Below, piece after piece: positions 1 through 9,659 of a DNA stretch of 64,000 nucleotides (the first letter of the stretch is position 1; each line of letters opens with the position of its first letter). Position numbers and translations under genes: made by a program. The notes beneath the pieces are model-generated. The model did not search any database. It saw only the letters and a program-made list of their open reading frames with translations, and had not been told where the DNA came from. Origin of the DNA: Candidatus Marinacidobacterium sp. GTDB lineage: Bacteria; Acidobacteriota; Vicinamibacteria; Marinacidobacterales; Marinacidobacteraceae. The stretch spans positions 1,312,001 through 1,376,000 of the forward strand of contig OZ242011.1 of assembly GCA_965204755.1 (NCBI GenBank), read 5' to 3'.

Positions 1-407
1 ACCAGCCGGTGGCGCGCGGCGTAGAGCGCCCGGGCCATGCCCCGCCGGCGGTAGTCGGGATGGACCGCGAGGTCCACGCCGTAGAGCCAGGCGCCGTCCG
101 GGTCGTGGGCGCCCAGGAACCCGCCGCCGAAGATGTCCTCGAAGGAGTGCTCCGGCCGGTCGAGGTCCGTGTCCAGCCGCACCGTGGTGGTGGAGGCCAC
201 CGGGATGCCGGGCATCTCCCCGGCGACGGCGGCGAACTGCCCCTCGGGGAACATGGCCACATGCCGCCGGTAGTGGGCGGCCTCGAACCGCTGGCGCGGG
301 TCCAGGGTGGGGAATACCCGGCGCTGGAGCGCGGCCAGGGTCTCCGCGTGTTCGGGCGCGGTCGGGACGACCCTCCACCGGGCCATCGGGTCCGGGCGGG
401 GCGTCAT
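1..407 (-). CDS. GNAT family N-acetyltransferase (YkwB-like), 3'-truncated by the window edge
   Basis: Not in the ORF track. Manual translation from ATG 407: MTPRPDPMARWRVV...FPEGQF...HDPDGAWLYGVDLAVHPDYRRRGMARALY, which contains the acetyl-CoA binding motif A (VHPDYRRRG). Confidence 0.85.
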   Translation of the reverse strand, partial: MTPRPDPMARWRVVPTAPEHAETLAALQRRVFPTLDPRQRFEAAHYRRHVAMFPEGQFAAVAGEMPGIPVASTTTVRLDTDLDRPEHSFEDIFGGGFLGAHDPDGAWLYGVDLAVHPDYRRRGMARALYAARHRL

Positions 408-417
408 CGGGGCGGAC

Positions 418-1908
418 TCACCCGGCGGCCGGCCGGGGACGAAGACCCAGCGTGCCGAGCCGCCCGTGTTCGGCGATCGGCCGGCCCCCGGAGTCCGTGA
501 GCCGCCGCGGTGGATGGGAGGCGCCGGTCAGGATCGAGACCGCGACCATGGCCGCGAAGGACAGCGGCATGGCGATCAGGGCGTTCGGCAGGGCCGTCGC
601 GCCGGCGAACAGCGCCCCGCGCAGCACCAGCGCCAGCCAGACGCCGAGGCCGGTGAGGATGCCGGCGACGGCGCCCGGCCCGTTCGCCCGCTTCCAATAG
701 AGCCCGAGCGTGAGGGGCGCGAACAGCGCGACCATCATCACCGTCCACGACTCCACCATCAGCGTGTACACGCTCCCGAACAGGAGCGCCACCGCCAGCG
801 CGAGCCCGCAGAACACGACGACGCCGGCGCGTACGGCGACCAGGACTTCCTTCGGGGACAGGTCCTTCGCCACATTGCGGACGATGTTCTGGCCGAACAC
901 GCTGGCGGGCGCGAGCAGGCCGCTGTCCGCGGAACTCATCATCGCGGAGAAGAGCGCCCCCAGGAACAACGCGAGCCCTACCGGCGGCAAGTACTCCATC
1001 GCCAGCCGGGGCACGATCTCCTCCGGGTTCGAGAGACCGGGCATGAGCACCGAACCCACCATCCCCAGCGCCACCGGAATCAGCCCTACCACGAGATAGA
1101 GCCCGCCGCCGAAGTAGGCGCTCCACTGGGCGATCCGTTCGCTCCGGGCGCTGAGCGCCCGCTGCATCAGGTCCTGACCGGGAAGGTTGCCGACCCCGAT
1201 GAGCAGCCACGCCTGCAAGAAGAACGCCCACTCGAGGACGCCGCCCGCCGGCAGGAAGCGCGTATGGCCCTCCCGCATCCGCTCGACCGCCGACGAAACG
1301 CCGCCCGCTTCGCCCAGGACCAGCGGCAGGAGGACGGAGATCGCGGCGATGAGGACGACGGCCTGGAAAAAGTCGGTCAGCGTGACCCCCCACATCCCGC
1401 CGAGGACGGTGTACGCGAGCACGATCGCGGCGGCGATCATCACGCTGGCGACGAAGGGAAGGTCGGCGTACGCGGAGAGCACCGTTCCCACCGCCAGGAG
1501 TTGGGAGCCCACCCAGCCGATATAGGCGGGCAACACCGAAGCCGCGCCCAGGATCTCGGCCGTCCTCCCGAATCGCCGACGGAAGAAGTCGGCGACGGTG
1601 AGCAGCCGCAGCCGGCGCAGCACCCGCACATAGAACGCCCCGGCGAGAAGCAGGCAGAGCGCCGCGCCGAACGGATCGGCGACCACCGCGGAGAGTCCGC
1701 CGGAGTACGCGGCTCCGGCCGCCCCGATCATCGTGCCGCCCCCGAACCAGGTGGCGAAGAGGGTGAAGGTGCAAAGCCCGATCCCCAGCCTCCGCCCGGC
1801 GACGACGAAGTCGGTCGCGTTCCGGATCCGCCTCGACGAGAGCGCCCCGAGCGTCAGCAGCGCGAGCAGGTAGAGCGCGACGGTGATGCCGACGAAGGCG
1901 TCGCTCAC
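418..1908 (-). CDS. Sodium:solute symporter (SSS/SLC5 family)
   Basis: 496 aa, about 13 hydrophobic segments; DFVVAGRRL, ATWFGGG, YTVLGGMWGVTLTDFFQ, QDLMQR and AMMSSADS motifs. Confidence 0.9.
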   Translation of the reverse strand: MSDAFVGITVALYLLALLTLGALSSRRIRNATDFVVAGRRLGIGLCTFTLFATWFGGGTMIGAAGAAYSGGLSAVVADPFGAALCLLLAGAFYVRVLRRLRLLTVADFFRRRFGRTAEILGAASVLPAYIGWVGSQLLAVGTVLSAYADLPFVASVMIAAAIVLAYTVLGGMWGVTLTDFFQAVVLIAAISVLLPLVLGEAGGVSSAVERMREGHTRFLPAGGVLEWAFFLQAWLLIGVGNLPGQDLMQRALSARSERIAQWSAYFGGGLYLVVGLIPVALGMVGSVLMPGLSNPEEIVPRLAMEYLPPVGLALFLGALFSAMMSSADSGLLAPASVFGQNIVRNVAKDLSPKEVLVAVRAGVVVFCGLALAVALLFGSVYTLMVESWTVMMVALFAPLTLGLYWKRANGPGAVAGILTGLGVWLALVLRGALFAGATALPNALIAMPLSFAAMVAVSILTGASHPPRRLTDSGGRPIAEHGRLGTLGLRPRPAAG

Positions 1909-1961
1909 GAGCGGTCACCCCGACCGGCCGGCCGGCGGGGAAGGCGCCGCGCTCCGGGCGT

Positions 1962-2990
1962 TCACCCGGAAACGCCGGTGCGTCTCCTGTAGGCGTCGGT
2001 CTCGTACACCTCCGGGTTCACGCAGTTCGGCGCGCGCCCCCGCCCCAGGTGCGCCAACGCGTTCTCGGCGCACATGGTGGCCATGCGGTCGCGCGTCGCC
2101 CGGCTGGCGCTCGCGATGTGCGGGAGGATCACCACCTGCTCCAGGCCGACGAGGCCGGGATGGACCTGCGGCTCGTTCTCGAACACATCCAGCCCGGCGC
2201 CGGCGATCCGGCCGTCCTTGAGCGCCTCCGCCAACGCCGCCTCGTCCACGACCGGGCCGCGGGCGGTGTTGACGAGGAAAGCGGTCGGCTTCATCCGCCG
2301 GAAGGCCTCGGCGTCGAACAGGTGATGCGTCGAGGCGTTCAGGTCCGAGTGGATGGTCACGAAGTCACTGCGTTCGAGCAGCGCCGGGAAGTCGGCGTAC
2401 TCCACATCGTCCCGCGCCTCGATGATCTCCCGCATCGGCGGATCGAAGGCCAGCGCTTCCATTTCGAAGCCGTGCGCGCGCCGGAGCATCGCCTGCCCGA
2501 TCCGGCCGAAACCCACGATGCCCAGCGTCTTCCGGCGGCCGTCCCCGCCCGGGCTGATGTCCGCCCCCAGCATCAGCGCCGGGCCCCAGATCCGGTAGCG
2601 GCCCTCGCGCAGGTAGCGGTCGGCCGGGACGACCCGCCGGGCGACGGCCATGAGCAACGCCCAAGCGAGGTCGGCGGTAGTGTCGGTCAACACTCCCGGC
2701 GTGTTCGACACCGGCAGCCCCAACTCGGTGGCCGCGGGCACATCCACATTGTTGAAGCCGACCGCGTAGTTCGCCACGCCGAGCAACTGCGGCCCGGCTT
2801 CCATCAGTTCCCGGTCCACCGCCTCCGTGAGGAGCGACACATGGACATCGGCGGACCGCGCGCCCCGGAGCACCCGCTCCCTCGGCGGGCCGGCGTCGTC
2901 CCTCGTTTCGGCGATTTCGACCTCGGCGGCTTCCCGCAGCAGCGAGAGTCCGGCCTCCGGAATCGAACGGGTCAGGAAGATGCGGCTCAT
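1962..2990 (-). CDS. D-2-hydroxyacid dehydrogenase (glyoxylate/hydroxypyruvate reductase-like)
   Basis: Start MSRIFLTR (ATG 2990 overlaps the upstream stop). Motifs NYAVGFNNVD, GIVGFGRIG, NTARGPVVDE, GLDVFENEP, PHIAS. Confidence 0.9.
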   Translation of the reverse strand: MSRIFLTRSIPEAGLSLLREAAEVEIAETRDDAGPPRERVLRGARSADVHVSLLTEAVDRELMEAGPQLLGVANYAVGFNNVDVPAATELGLPVSNTPGVLTDTTADLAWALLMAVARRVVPADRYLREGRYRIWGPALMLGADISPGGDGRRKTLGIVGFGRIGQAMLRRAHGFEMEALAFDPPMREIIEARDDVEYADFPALLERSDFVTIHSDLNASTHHLFDAEAFRRMKPTAFLVNTARGPVVDEAALAEALKDGRIAGAGLDVFENEPQVHPGLVGLEQVVILPHIASASRATRDRMATMCAENALAHLGRGRAPNCVNPEVYETDAYRRRTGVSG

Positions 2991-4294
2991 GCGGCGATCC
3001 CCACGGCGACGGTGTCGTCGAGAAAACGCCGAAACCCGTCGCGGTCGGCGGCTCCGGCGGCGATCCTCCCGATGCCGTCGCGGAGCGAGTCCAGGTCGGC
3101 GGCGTACGAGAGACGGAGGAAGTCCTGTCCCTCGCTGCCGATCACTCCGAAACTGCGCCGGTCCACCAGGGCGACGCCGTGGTAGTAGAGGAGGAACCGG
3201 GACACCAGGGTGGCGGGACTGCTGAGGCGGCGCGCTTCCTCCGGAAGACCCGCGAAATACTCGGTCGCGCCCAGCGCGGCGCACATCCCGGAGATGTTCG
3301 GGAACACATAGAACGCGCCCAGCGGCAGGGCGCAGCGGACGCCGGGAATCTCGTTCAACGCCGGAACGACATAGTCGCGCCGCCGCCGGAACTCTTCCAC
3401 CATCGAGGCGACCACGCCGGCGGTGAGCGGGCTCTCCAGGGCTTCGCGCGCCGCCTCCTGGATGAACGGCGGGACACAGGACACGGTGTTGATGTTGATC
3501 TGCTTGAACCGGAGCGCCTCTTCCGCGGTCGGCAGCACGCACCAGCCGAGCCGCCAACCGGTCATCGCGAATCCCTTGGAGTGCCCGCTGGCGATGATCG
3601 TGCGCTCGGCCATTCCCGGCAGGGAGGCCGGCGAGGTGTGCTCGAAACCGTCGAAGGTGATGTGCTCGTAGATCTCGTCGGAGTAGATGCGGAGATCGGG
3701 ATTCCCCTTTTCGCGGACGAGTTCCGCCACTTCGGCGAGCAGGCTCTTCGGCAGCACGCCGCCGGTGGGGTTCGACGGCGAACAGAGCATGAGCACTTTC
3801 GTCCGGGGGGTGAGCAGCCGTTCGAGGTCTTCGGCGGTGAAGGAGAAGCCGCGCTCTTCCCGAAGCAGGAGCGGTTTCGGAACGCCGCCCAGGTAGGTGA
3901 CCCAGGACTCGTAGATCGGGAATCCGGGGCTCGGGTAGATCACCTCGTCTCCCGGGTCCACATAGGCCATCATGGTGTAGCCGATGGCCGGCTTGGCCCC
4001 CGGCAGGACGATGATCCGGTCGGCGGTCACTTCGAGGCCGCGGGTCTTCGAGACATGGCCCGCGAGGGCCTCCCGGAGCGGCGCCACCCCCGCGGGGTCG
4101 GTGTAGTGCGTGTCGCCCCGGCGGATGGCCCGGACCCCGGCCTCGTTGATGTGGGGCGCGCTGTCGAAGTCCGGTTCCCCGATGGTGAAAGGGATCACTT
4201 CCCGGCCCCGGGCGCGGGCGCGGGCCATGTCCTCGGCGATCTTGAACGCGTTCTCGGTGCCCATCCGCCCGAAACGCTGGGCGAAGAGAGGCAT
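2987..4294 (-). CDS. PLP-dependent class I/II aminotransferase (aspartate aminotransferase-like)
   Basis: IGEPDF, SPSNPTG, SDEIYE and SKGFAMTGWRLG (PLP lysine) motifs; likely start MPLFAQRF. Confidence 0.9.
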   Translation of the reverse strand: MPLFAQRFGRMGTENAFKIAEDMARARARGREVIPFTIGEPDFDSAPHINEAGVRAIRRGDTHYTDPAGVAPLREALAGHVSKTRGLEVTADRIIVLPGAKPAIGYTMMAYVDPGDEVIYPSPGFPIYESWVTYLGGVPKPLLLREERGFSFTAEDLERLLTPRTKVLMLCSPSNPTGGVLPKSLLAEVAELVREKGNPDLRIYSDEIYEHITFDGFEHTSPASLPGMAERTIIASGHSKGFAMTGWRLGWCVLPTAEEALRFKQININTVSCVPPFIQEAAREALESPLTAGVVASMVEEFRRRRDYVVPALNEIPGVRCALPLGAFYVFPNISGMCAALGATEYFAGLPEEARRLSSPATLVSRFLLYYHGVALVDRRSFGVIGSEGQDFLRLSYAADLDSLRDGIGRIAAGAADRDGFRRFLDDTVAVGIAA

Positions 4295-4428
4295 GGAAGG
4301 TTCTGGAATGTCCCCGGCGGTCCGCCGGGGTTCGGGGTCGTGGGCGGCGCGGCCGGTGGCGGATGATATATTGGCGCCGGCCTCCCGAAGGGGGGCGTTT
4401 CGAGTCAGTTTCCGGCGGCGGGTTGGCG

Positions 4429-5991
4429 ATGCGTTCCGGTTCACCGGCCGCTGTCCGGCGCCGCCGGCCCGTCGTTCGGCGCGGCCTCGCCGGGTGCGCG
4501 CGACCCGGTCGGGGCCTCCTGTTGGGGGGCGGCGCGGCGTGGCTCGCGGCGGCGGCGGTAGCCGGTCAGGAGCGCCCGCGGTCGGCGGCGCCGGAGGAAG
4601 AGGCCGGCGAACGCGGAGCGGCGGCCCCCGCTGCCGCCGAGGGCGACCCCGCCGCCGAGTACCCCTTCGAGGCGCCCGCGGACCTGACGCTCGGGACCGA
4701 GCCGCAGAGCGCCGATGTCACCGGCCAGTTGGGGGTCCCCGACGGGGACTACATCCCCGAGGTCTTCCAGTATCGGCGGCGCGGGACCCAGCGCACCCAG
4801 GCCGGTCTCGGGGGCGAGCACCGTTCGGCCGCGCTCACCGAACTCCGGGTCATCGACGGCTTCGTGGAGCCGGGCGGCGTGGTGCGGGGCATCGCCCGCG
4901 TCGAGCCGGCGTTCGAGAAGGGGCGGCGTTTCGTCGCCGAGTTCTGGAGCCAGGACTACGGCCGCGCGGCGGTGGTGTACATGAACTTCCGCCCCCACCG
5001 GAAGGACAAGAACCTCTATCTCGGCCGGGGCCGGGTGGACCGCCACCATCCGGGCGGCCGCTACAACATCGGCTCGACGATGATCACCGACGAACACGGT
5101 CACAAGAAGGCCTACTCCAGCGAGTTCAACCCGGTGATGCGCGCGGCGGACGGCACGCCGGCGTTCTTCGTCGTGGCGGAGAACGAGGAGGCGGACCTCA
5201 CGCCCCCGACCCTGGTTTCGCTCGAGGTGCTGACGCCGGAAGTCGGCCCGGGCGAAACCGTCCGGGTGGAGGCCTTCGCCGAAGACGACCTCGCCGGCCC
5301 GACCCAGGCGCGGACGGTGTTCGTGAGTCCCTCGGGCCGCCGGAGCGTTCGCGCGGACCTGATCGGGGACGCCCGCCGTCCCGGCCGCTTCCTGGGCGCC
5401 TTCACGATTCCCGAGTGGTACGAGGGCGGGAAGTGGACCGCGCAGCAGGTCGCGTTGTACGACGCCGCCCGGAACGAGGCGCTGCTCTTCGCCGCGACCG
5501 ACCCGGCGCTCCGCGGCGCCGTCGTCACGGTCGAGGCGGATCCGGGGAAACGGGACGACGAGCCCCCGGTGCTGCTCGCCCTCGAACTGCCGCAGCGGGA
5601 AGCGGCCGCCGACGAAGCGATCCCGGTGGCCGCCCTGGTGACCGACGAGGGAAGCGGCGTGGACGAGGTCCATGTGTCCTTTCTGAGCGCGAGCGGCGCG
5701 GACCTGGTGCGCGTGGAACTCCTGAGCCGCAACCCGCCGCTCAACCGTCCGTCGCTCGTGCCGCAGCCGAATGTGTTCCGCGGCGCGCTGAAGATCGAAG
5801 ACTGGCGCGAACGCGGGCGGTACGCCGTGTCGCGGGTGAACCTGTCCGACCGGGCCCGGAACTACCGGAACCTGAACCCGGTGCGGGACGAGTCGGTGCG
5901 CGGCCTGTCGGTGGTCTACCTCGGCGGGGAACCCGACGGCGAACCGCCGGAGCCGCCGCCGGACCGGGCGCCGCGCGGCGGCCGCCGCTGA
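4429..5991 (+). CDS. Exported hypothetical protein with three putative Ig-like beta-sandwich repeats
   Basis: Arg-rich plus hydrophobic N-terminal signal. Repeats open with D-x-x-PP-x-L linkers (DLTPPTL, DDEPPVL) and close with D-x-x-(G/R)-(H/N) motifs. Start is uncertain (4363 or 4429). Confidence 0.6.
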   Translation: MRSGSPAAVRRRRPVVRRGLAGCARPGRGLLLGGGAAWLAAAAVAGQERPRSAAPEEEAGERGAAAPAAAEGDPAAEYPFEAPADLTLGTEPQSADVTGQLGVPDGDYIPEVFQYRRRGTQRTQAGLGGEHRSAALTELRVIDGFVEPGGVVRGIARVEPAFEKGRRFVAEFWSQDYGRAAVVYMNFRPHRKDKNLYLGRGRVDRHHPGGRYNIGSTMITDEHGHKKAYSSEFNPVMRAADGTPAFFVVAENEEADLTPPTLVSLEVLTPEVGPGETVRVEAFAEDDLAGPTQARTVFVSPSGRRSVRADLIGDARRPGRFLGAFTIPEWYEGGKWTAQQVALYDAARNEALLFAATDPALRGAVVTVEADPGKRDDEPPVLLALELPQREAAADEAIPVAALVTDEGSGVDEVHVSFLSASGADLVRVELLSRNPPLNRPSLVPQPNVFRGALKIEDWRERGRYAVSRVNLSDRARNYRNLNPVRDESVRGLSVVYLGGEPDGEPPEPPPDRAPRGGRR

Positions 5992-6045
5992 GCGGAGGCG
6001 CCGGCCTCCGAAGCGACCGCCGCCACGCGAAGAGGAACGCCTACG

Positions 6046-7287
6046 ATGCTGCCGATGGAACTGGACCGCCGGACATTCCTGGGAGCCGGCTTGGGCGCCG
6101 GCCTCGGTTCCGGGCTCGCCGCCGGACTCGGTGCAGCCGAGCCCGCCCTGGCCGTCGGGCGGGACGAAGGGGTCCCCGACCGCAGTCTTCGCGCGAAACA
6201 CCTCGTCGTCATCATCTACGGCAACGGCTGCCGGAAGAAGGACACCGTCGAGGACCCCGCCCACGCGCCCCATCTCGCCCGGATGATGAAGGACGGGACC
6301 GTCTTCACCGAGGACTTCGGCGAGACCGCGAACCTGCACGGCTACCTGTACACGGAACTGCTCACCGGCCGGGAGACCGTCTCGGAGCACCCGCTCTACC
6401 CCACCTGGACGGAGATCTGCCGGAAGGAACTGGGCGGCTCCCCGAACGACTACTGGATGCTGCAGGGCGTCAGTTACTACCGGTCGTGGGTGTACGACCG
6501 CAAGCACTGGAGCGCCCACCCGGAGGGCGGTCTGCAGTTCGGCGCGAACTCGCTGACCATGAACAAACTGTTCCACGACGACGAGCGGCGCTCTCCCGCC
6601 CGACTCGTCCGGGAGAACATCGAACTCGGGCTCGGCCACACGAAGACCAGCCTACGGGCGGTCGAGGACTGGATCGCCGACGCCGTGAGCCGGAGGCTCG
6701 ACCTCCCGGCCTCGACCCGGACGCCCTTGGTGGACCGGGAAGTTCCGCTCGGCGACGGACAGTGCTTCGAGATCGCGAAGCACCTGCTCGCCGCGTTCCG
6801 CCCCAAACTGATCACGATCCAGATGCTCGCGCTCGACGACGCCCACGCCGACGCCGGTTTTTGGGACTACGACACCGACTACGAGCAGTACCGGCAGCAC
6901 ATCGCGGCTACGGACGAACTCATCGGGAACCTGTACGACTTCATCCGGGCCGACCCGCGCCTCCGGGACACGACCGCGATCCTGCTGCGCCCGGAGTGCG
7001 GACGCGACGACGAAGTGAACGCGTACGGCCAACTCCACCACTCGCAGGGGAACTACTACGCCCACAATGTGTGGACCTTGGGAGTCGGGCCGGACTTCCG
7101 GGAGGGGGCGGTGTTCCCCGAAAAGGTGATGCGGCGCGACCTCTGCCCGACGGTGGTGTACGCGCTGACCGGACGGGACCTGGCCCGGCGCGCCTCCGGA
7201 TCGGTCCGCACGCAGTTGTTCCGGGACGAGCACCGCCTGCCGCGGTACATCCGGCGCGACCGCTTCGGGAACCCGGTCGCGGATTGA
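6046..7287 (+). CDS. Tat-exported alkaline-phosphatase/sulfatase-superfamily-like protein (DUF1501-like)
   Basis: Twin-arginine signal DRRTFLG; HLVVIIYGNG, LDDAHAD and TAILLRPECGRD segments resemble the AP-superfamily core. Confidence 0.6.
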   Translation: MLPMELDRRTFLGAGLGAGLGSGLAAGLGAAEPALAVGRDEGVPDRSLRAKHLVVIIYGNGCRKKDTVEDPAHAPHLARMMKDGTVFTEDFGETANLHGYLYTELLTGRETVSEHPLYPTWTEICRKELGGSPNDYWMLQGVSYYRSWVYDRKHWSAHPEGGLQFGANSLTMNKLFHDDERRSPARLVRENIELGLGHTKTSLRAVEDWIADAVSRRLDLPASTRTPLVDREVPLGDGQCFEIAKHLLAAFRPKLITIQMLALDDAHADAGFWDYDTDYEQYRQHIAATDELIGNLYDFIRADPRLRDTTAILLRPECGRDDEVNAYGQLHHSQGNYYAHNVWTLGVGPDFREGAVFPEKVMRRDLCPTVVYALTGRDLARRASGSVRTQLFRDEHRLPRYIRRDRFGNPVAD

Positions 7288-8057
7288 CCGCGGGGAGCGG
7301 AGGGGTGCCCGGTCGCGCGCGCGGACGGCGAACGGACGCCGGCATCGGGCTCGTCGTCGGTCCGGTCCTCGGGGTCGCTCCGCGGTTCGTCGTCGCGGCG
7401 CTGGCCGCCGCGCTCCTCCTGCTGCCCGGCGTGTCCGGCGCGGACGGCCGGACCGCCGGCCGGCAGCCGGTCTCGGCCGGCGGCCCCGCGGACCGGAGGG
7501 CGCCCGTCGCCCGGCCGCCGCAGCATCCCGGGCCGCGGCGGCCCACGCTGGCGGAGGCTGCCCGCCGGAACCGGGAACGGATCGCGAGGAGCCGCCGCCG
7601 GGGAGGACCGGCGCCCCGATACGACGACGCGGCCTTCCCCGCCGAGCGCGCCCCCGACGGCGCGGATCCCGGGCCGGCGGAGTCGTCGGCGCCCCGCTCC
7701 GTCCCCTCCGCCGCCGGCCGGCGGAGCGGGGAAGGATCCCCGGAAGGTGAGCCGTCCCCCGAAGCCTCGGAACGCCTCGGCCTCCGCGACTCCGGATCTC
7801 GAGGAGAGACCTCCGCCGAGGACCGAGCCGCGGCCCGCCGGGAGCGGGAGCAGGCCCTGCGCGAACGGCTGCTCGACCTGGAGTGGTCGCTCGCCGCCGT
7901 CGGCGCGAGCGGCCTCCCGTACGCGCCGCGGAATCCGAACCGGGCGCTCGACCCCCTCGGCGCCGGGCGGCTCCGCGCTCGGCAGGAGGAGATCCGCCGG
8001 GAACTCGCCGCCCTGGCCGAGAAAACCGCCGCCGGGAAGAGACGACCGCCCCGGTAG
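7284..8057 (+). CDS. Hypothetical protein with N-terminal TM/signal segment and C-terminal coiled coil
   Basis: TTG start overlaps the upstream TGA; hydrophobic FVVAALAAALLLLPG; heptad-like C-terminus. Corresponds to the C-terminal part of track ORF 4110..8057. Confidence 0.5.
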   Translation: MTAGSGGVPGRARGRRTDAGIGLVVGPVLGVAPRFVVAALAAALLLLPGVSGADGRTAGRQPVSAGGPADRRAPVARPPQHPGPRRPTLAEAARRNRERIARSRRRGGPAPRYDDAAFPAERAPDGADPGPAESSAPRSVPSAAGRRSGEGSPEGEPSPEASERLGLRDSGSRGETSAEDRAAARREREQALRERLLDLEWSLAAVGASGLPYAPRNPNRALDPLGAGRLRARQEEIRRELAALAEKTAAGKRRPPR

Positions 8058-8066
8058 GGGCCGGCC

Positions 8067-8088
8067 CGCCGCCGGGCCGCCGGCGGCG
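8067..8088. terminator. GC-rich hairpin between convergent genes (possible bidirectional terminator)
   Basis: CGCCGCCGG-GCCG-CCGGCGGCG, 9-bp stem, no U-tract. Confidence 0.3.
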
Positions 8089-8091
8089 ACT

Positions 8092-9048
8092 TCAGCGGAG
8101 CGTGAGCAGCAGCGGGGGCCCGTCCGGGCGTTCGAGCAGGACGGACTCCGAGGGTTCGATGACGGCGACGCGGTATCGGCCGATCCGGTCGCCGGCGGTC
8201 ACCAGCACCGTCTCCCCCTCGTGGAAGAGCGCCGCCCGCACCGGCTCACCCGACCCCAAGTCCACGAACCCGTGGAGTTCGGGCGCCCGCGGAACCTCCG
8301 GCGGGCGGAACGGCGCGGGCGGCTCTCGCTCCACCGAAGGCGCCGCGCGCCCGGCGGGTTCACGCGGCCGGGGCGGCGGCGCAGCGGCCCGGAGTTCCCG
8401 ACCGGCCGCGGGAAGCCGCGCTTCGAGCCAATCGGAAACGGCCTCGATCTCCTCGATCTCCTCGTCGAGGCGGGCATCCCCTCCCGCGGCGGCGCCGGAG
8501 TCCACGCCCTCCTCCGGCCACAACACCGATGCCGCGGCGGTGAGAACCGTCGGCCGGCCGGCGCCGGCGGCGCTCGGCTCGGTGAGTTGCGCCCGGTCGA
8601 ACCGGAGCGGCCAGCCGCCGGCTTCCATCGCGGACACGAACTCGATCAGGTCCGCTGTCCGCCCTTCGGCGGTGAGTTGGGCCTCGGCGCCGGCGGTTCC
8701 CCGCGGCGGGCGGGCGAGCGGCGCGAGCCGAACCGAAGTGAGGTCCACGCCGCGAGGCGCGGCGAGATCGAGGAGGCGCGCCCGGACCTCCGCCACGCTC
8801 CGGGGCCCGGGGGGGCGCCGGTCGAGCAGCGCCGCCAGCCGGGCCAGGCGCTCCTCCCGTTCCCTTCCCCGCTCGACTTCCCGCCGGGCGCGCTCCGCGT
8901 ACTGCTCGGCCGAGGCTCGCTCGGAACGCCGGTCGAGCGCCGCGCGCCGCTCGATCCAGACGAGCGCGGTCAGCGCCGCGAGGAGCACCGTGAGGAGCGC
9001 CCGCAGTCGGAGGGAAACCCCGGCGCCGTGAACGAAACCCGCGGTCAC
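8092..9048 (-). CDS. PilO/GspM-like protein fused to a PilP/GspC-like C-terminal beta domain
   Basis: GTG overlaps the upstream stop. Layout is TM helix, coiled coil, ferredoxin-like segment, Pro-rich linker, then LHGFV...AALFHEGETVLVTAGDRIGRYRVAVIEP. Confidence 0.5.
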   Translation of the reverse strand: MTAGFVHGAGVSLRLRALLTVLLAALTALVWIERRAALDRRSERASAEQYAERARREVERGREREERLARLAALLDRRPPGPRSVAEVRARLLDLAAPRGVDLTSVRLAPLARPPRGTAGAEAQLTAEGRTADLIEFVSAMEAGGWPLRFDRAQLTEPSAAGAGRPTVLTAAASVLWPEEGVDSGAAAGGDARLDEEIEEIEAVSDWLEARLPAAGRELRAAAPPPRPREPAGRAAPSVEREPPAPFRPPEVPRAPELHGFVDLGSGEPVRAALFHEGETVLVTAGDRIGRYRVAVIEPSESVLLERPDGPPLLLTLR

Positions 9049-9638
9049 GGCGCCCCTCCTGGTTTTTCGCGGCCTTCCGCCCGCTCTTCGGTACCGGGGA
9101 CGGCAGGCGGTTCGGTGGAGATCCGGGAGGTGATCTCGACGACCACGCTCCCGTCCCGCTGCCGCCGCTCCGAGATCACTTCCGCCGCCAGCACCGCGTC
9201 CGACCGAAGCAGCGCGCCGAGGAGGCCGGCCACCGCTGCGGCGTCGGACGCTCGGGCGGACAGGGACGCCTCGGCCGCCGCGCTCCCGCCGGCGGCCGGC
9301 GCCGGCCGGATCGCGACCCCCGTCAACCGGACTCCGGGCGGAGCCGCGCCGCGCACCGTGGTGAACGCTTCCGCCAGTCGCACTCCCCCGACCGCGCCGG
9401 ACAGCATCAACACCGCAGCCTCCCGGCGCGCCGCCGCGGCGTCCGTCGCCGGCGCGACGGCGGCGGCCGCGCCTCCGGGCGCGGGCGCCTCGGCGGCCCC
9501 TTCGGCCCGCAACCGGAAGAGGGACACGGCGCCGGTCACGGCCGCGACCGCAAGGCCCGCGAGGGCCGCGTCGAGCAGGAACCGCACTCCGGGGCGCGGA
9601 CGCCGACCGAGTTGGACTCCCGGCGGAATCCGCGCCAT
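9045..9638 (-). CDS. PilN-like protein
   Basis: 197 aa; N-terminal TM helix, then a PPGVRLTGV...LSARASDAAAVAGLLGAL pattern typical of PilN/GspL periplasmic domains; middle gene of the cluster. Confidence 0.5.
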   Translation of the reverse strand: MARIPPGVQLGRRPRPGVRFLLDAALAGLAVAAVTGAVSLFRLRAEGAAEAPAPGGAAAAVAPATDAAAARREAAVLMLSGAVGGVRLAEAFTTVRGAAPPGVRLTGVAIRPAPAAGGSAAAEASLSARASDAAAVAGLLGALLRSDAVLAAEVISERRQRDGSVVVEITSRISTEPPAVPGTEERAEGREKPGGAP

Positions 9639-9659
9639 GGGTCGGGCCGCGCCGGGGAC

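Noticed and set aside
4110-8057. 1315-aa plus-strand ORF
   Set aside because: An Arg/Pro/Gly-rich alternative frame over two better genes; only 7284-8057 is retained.
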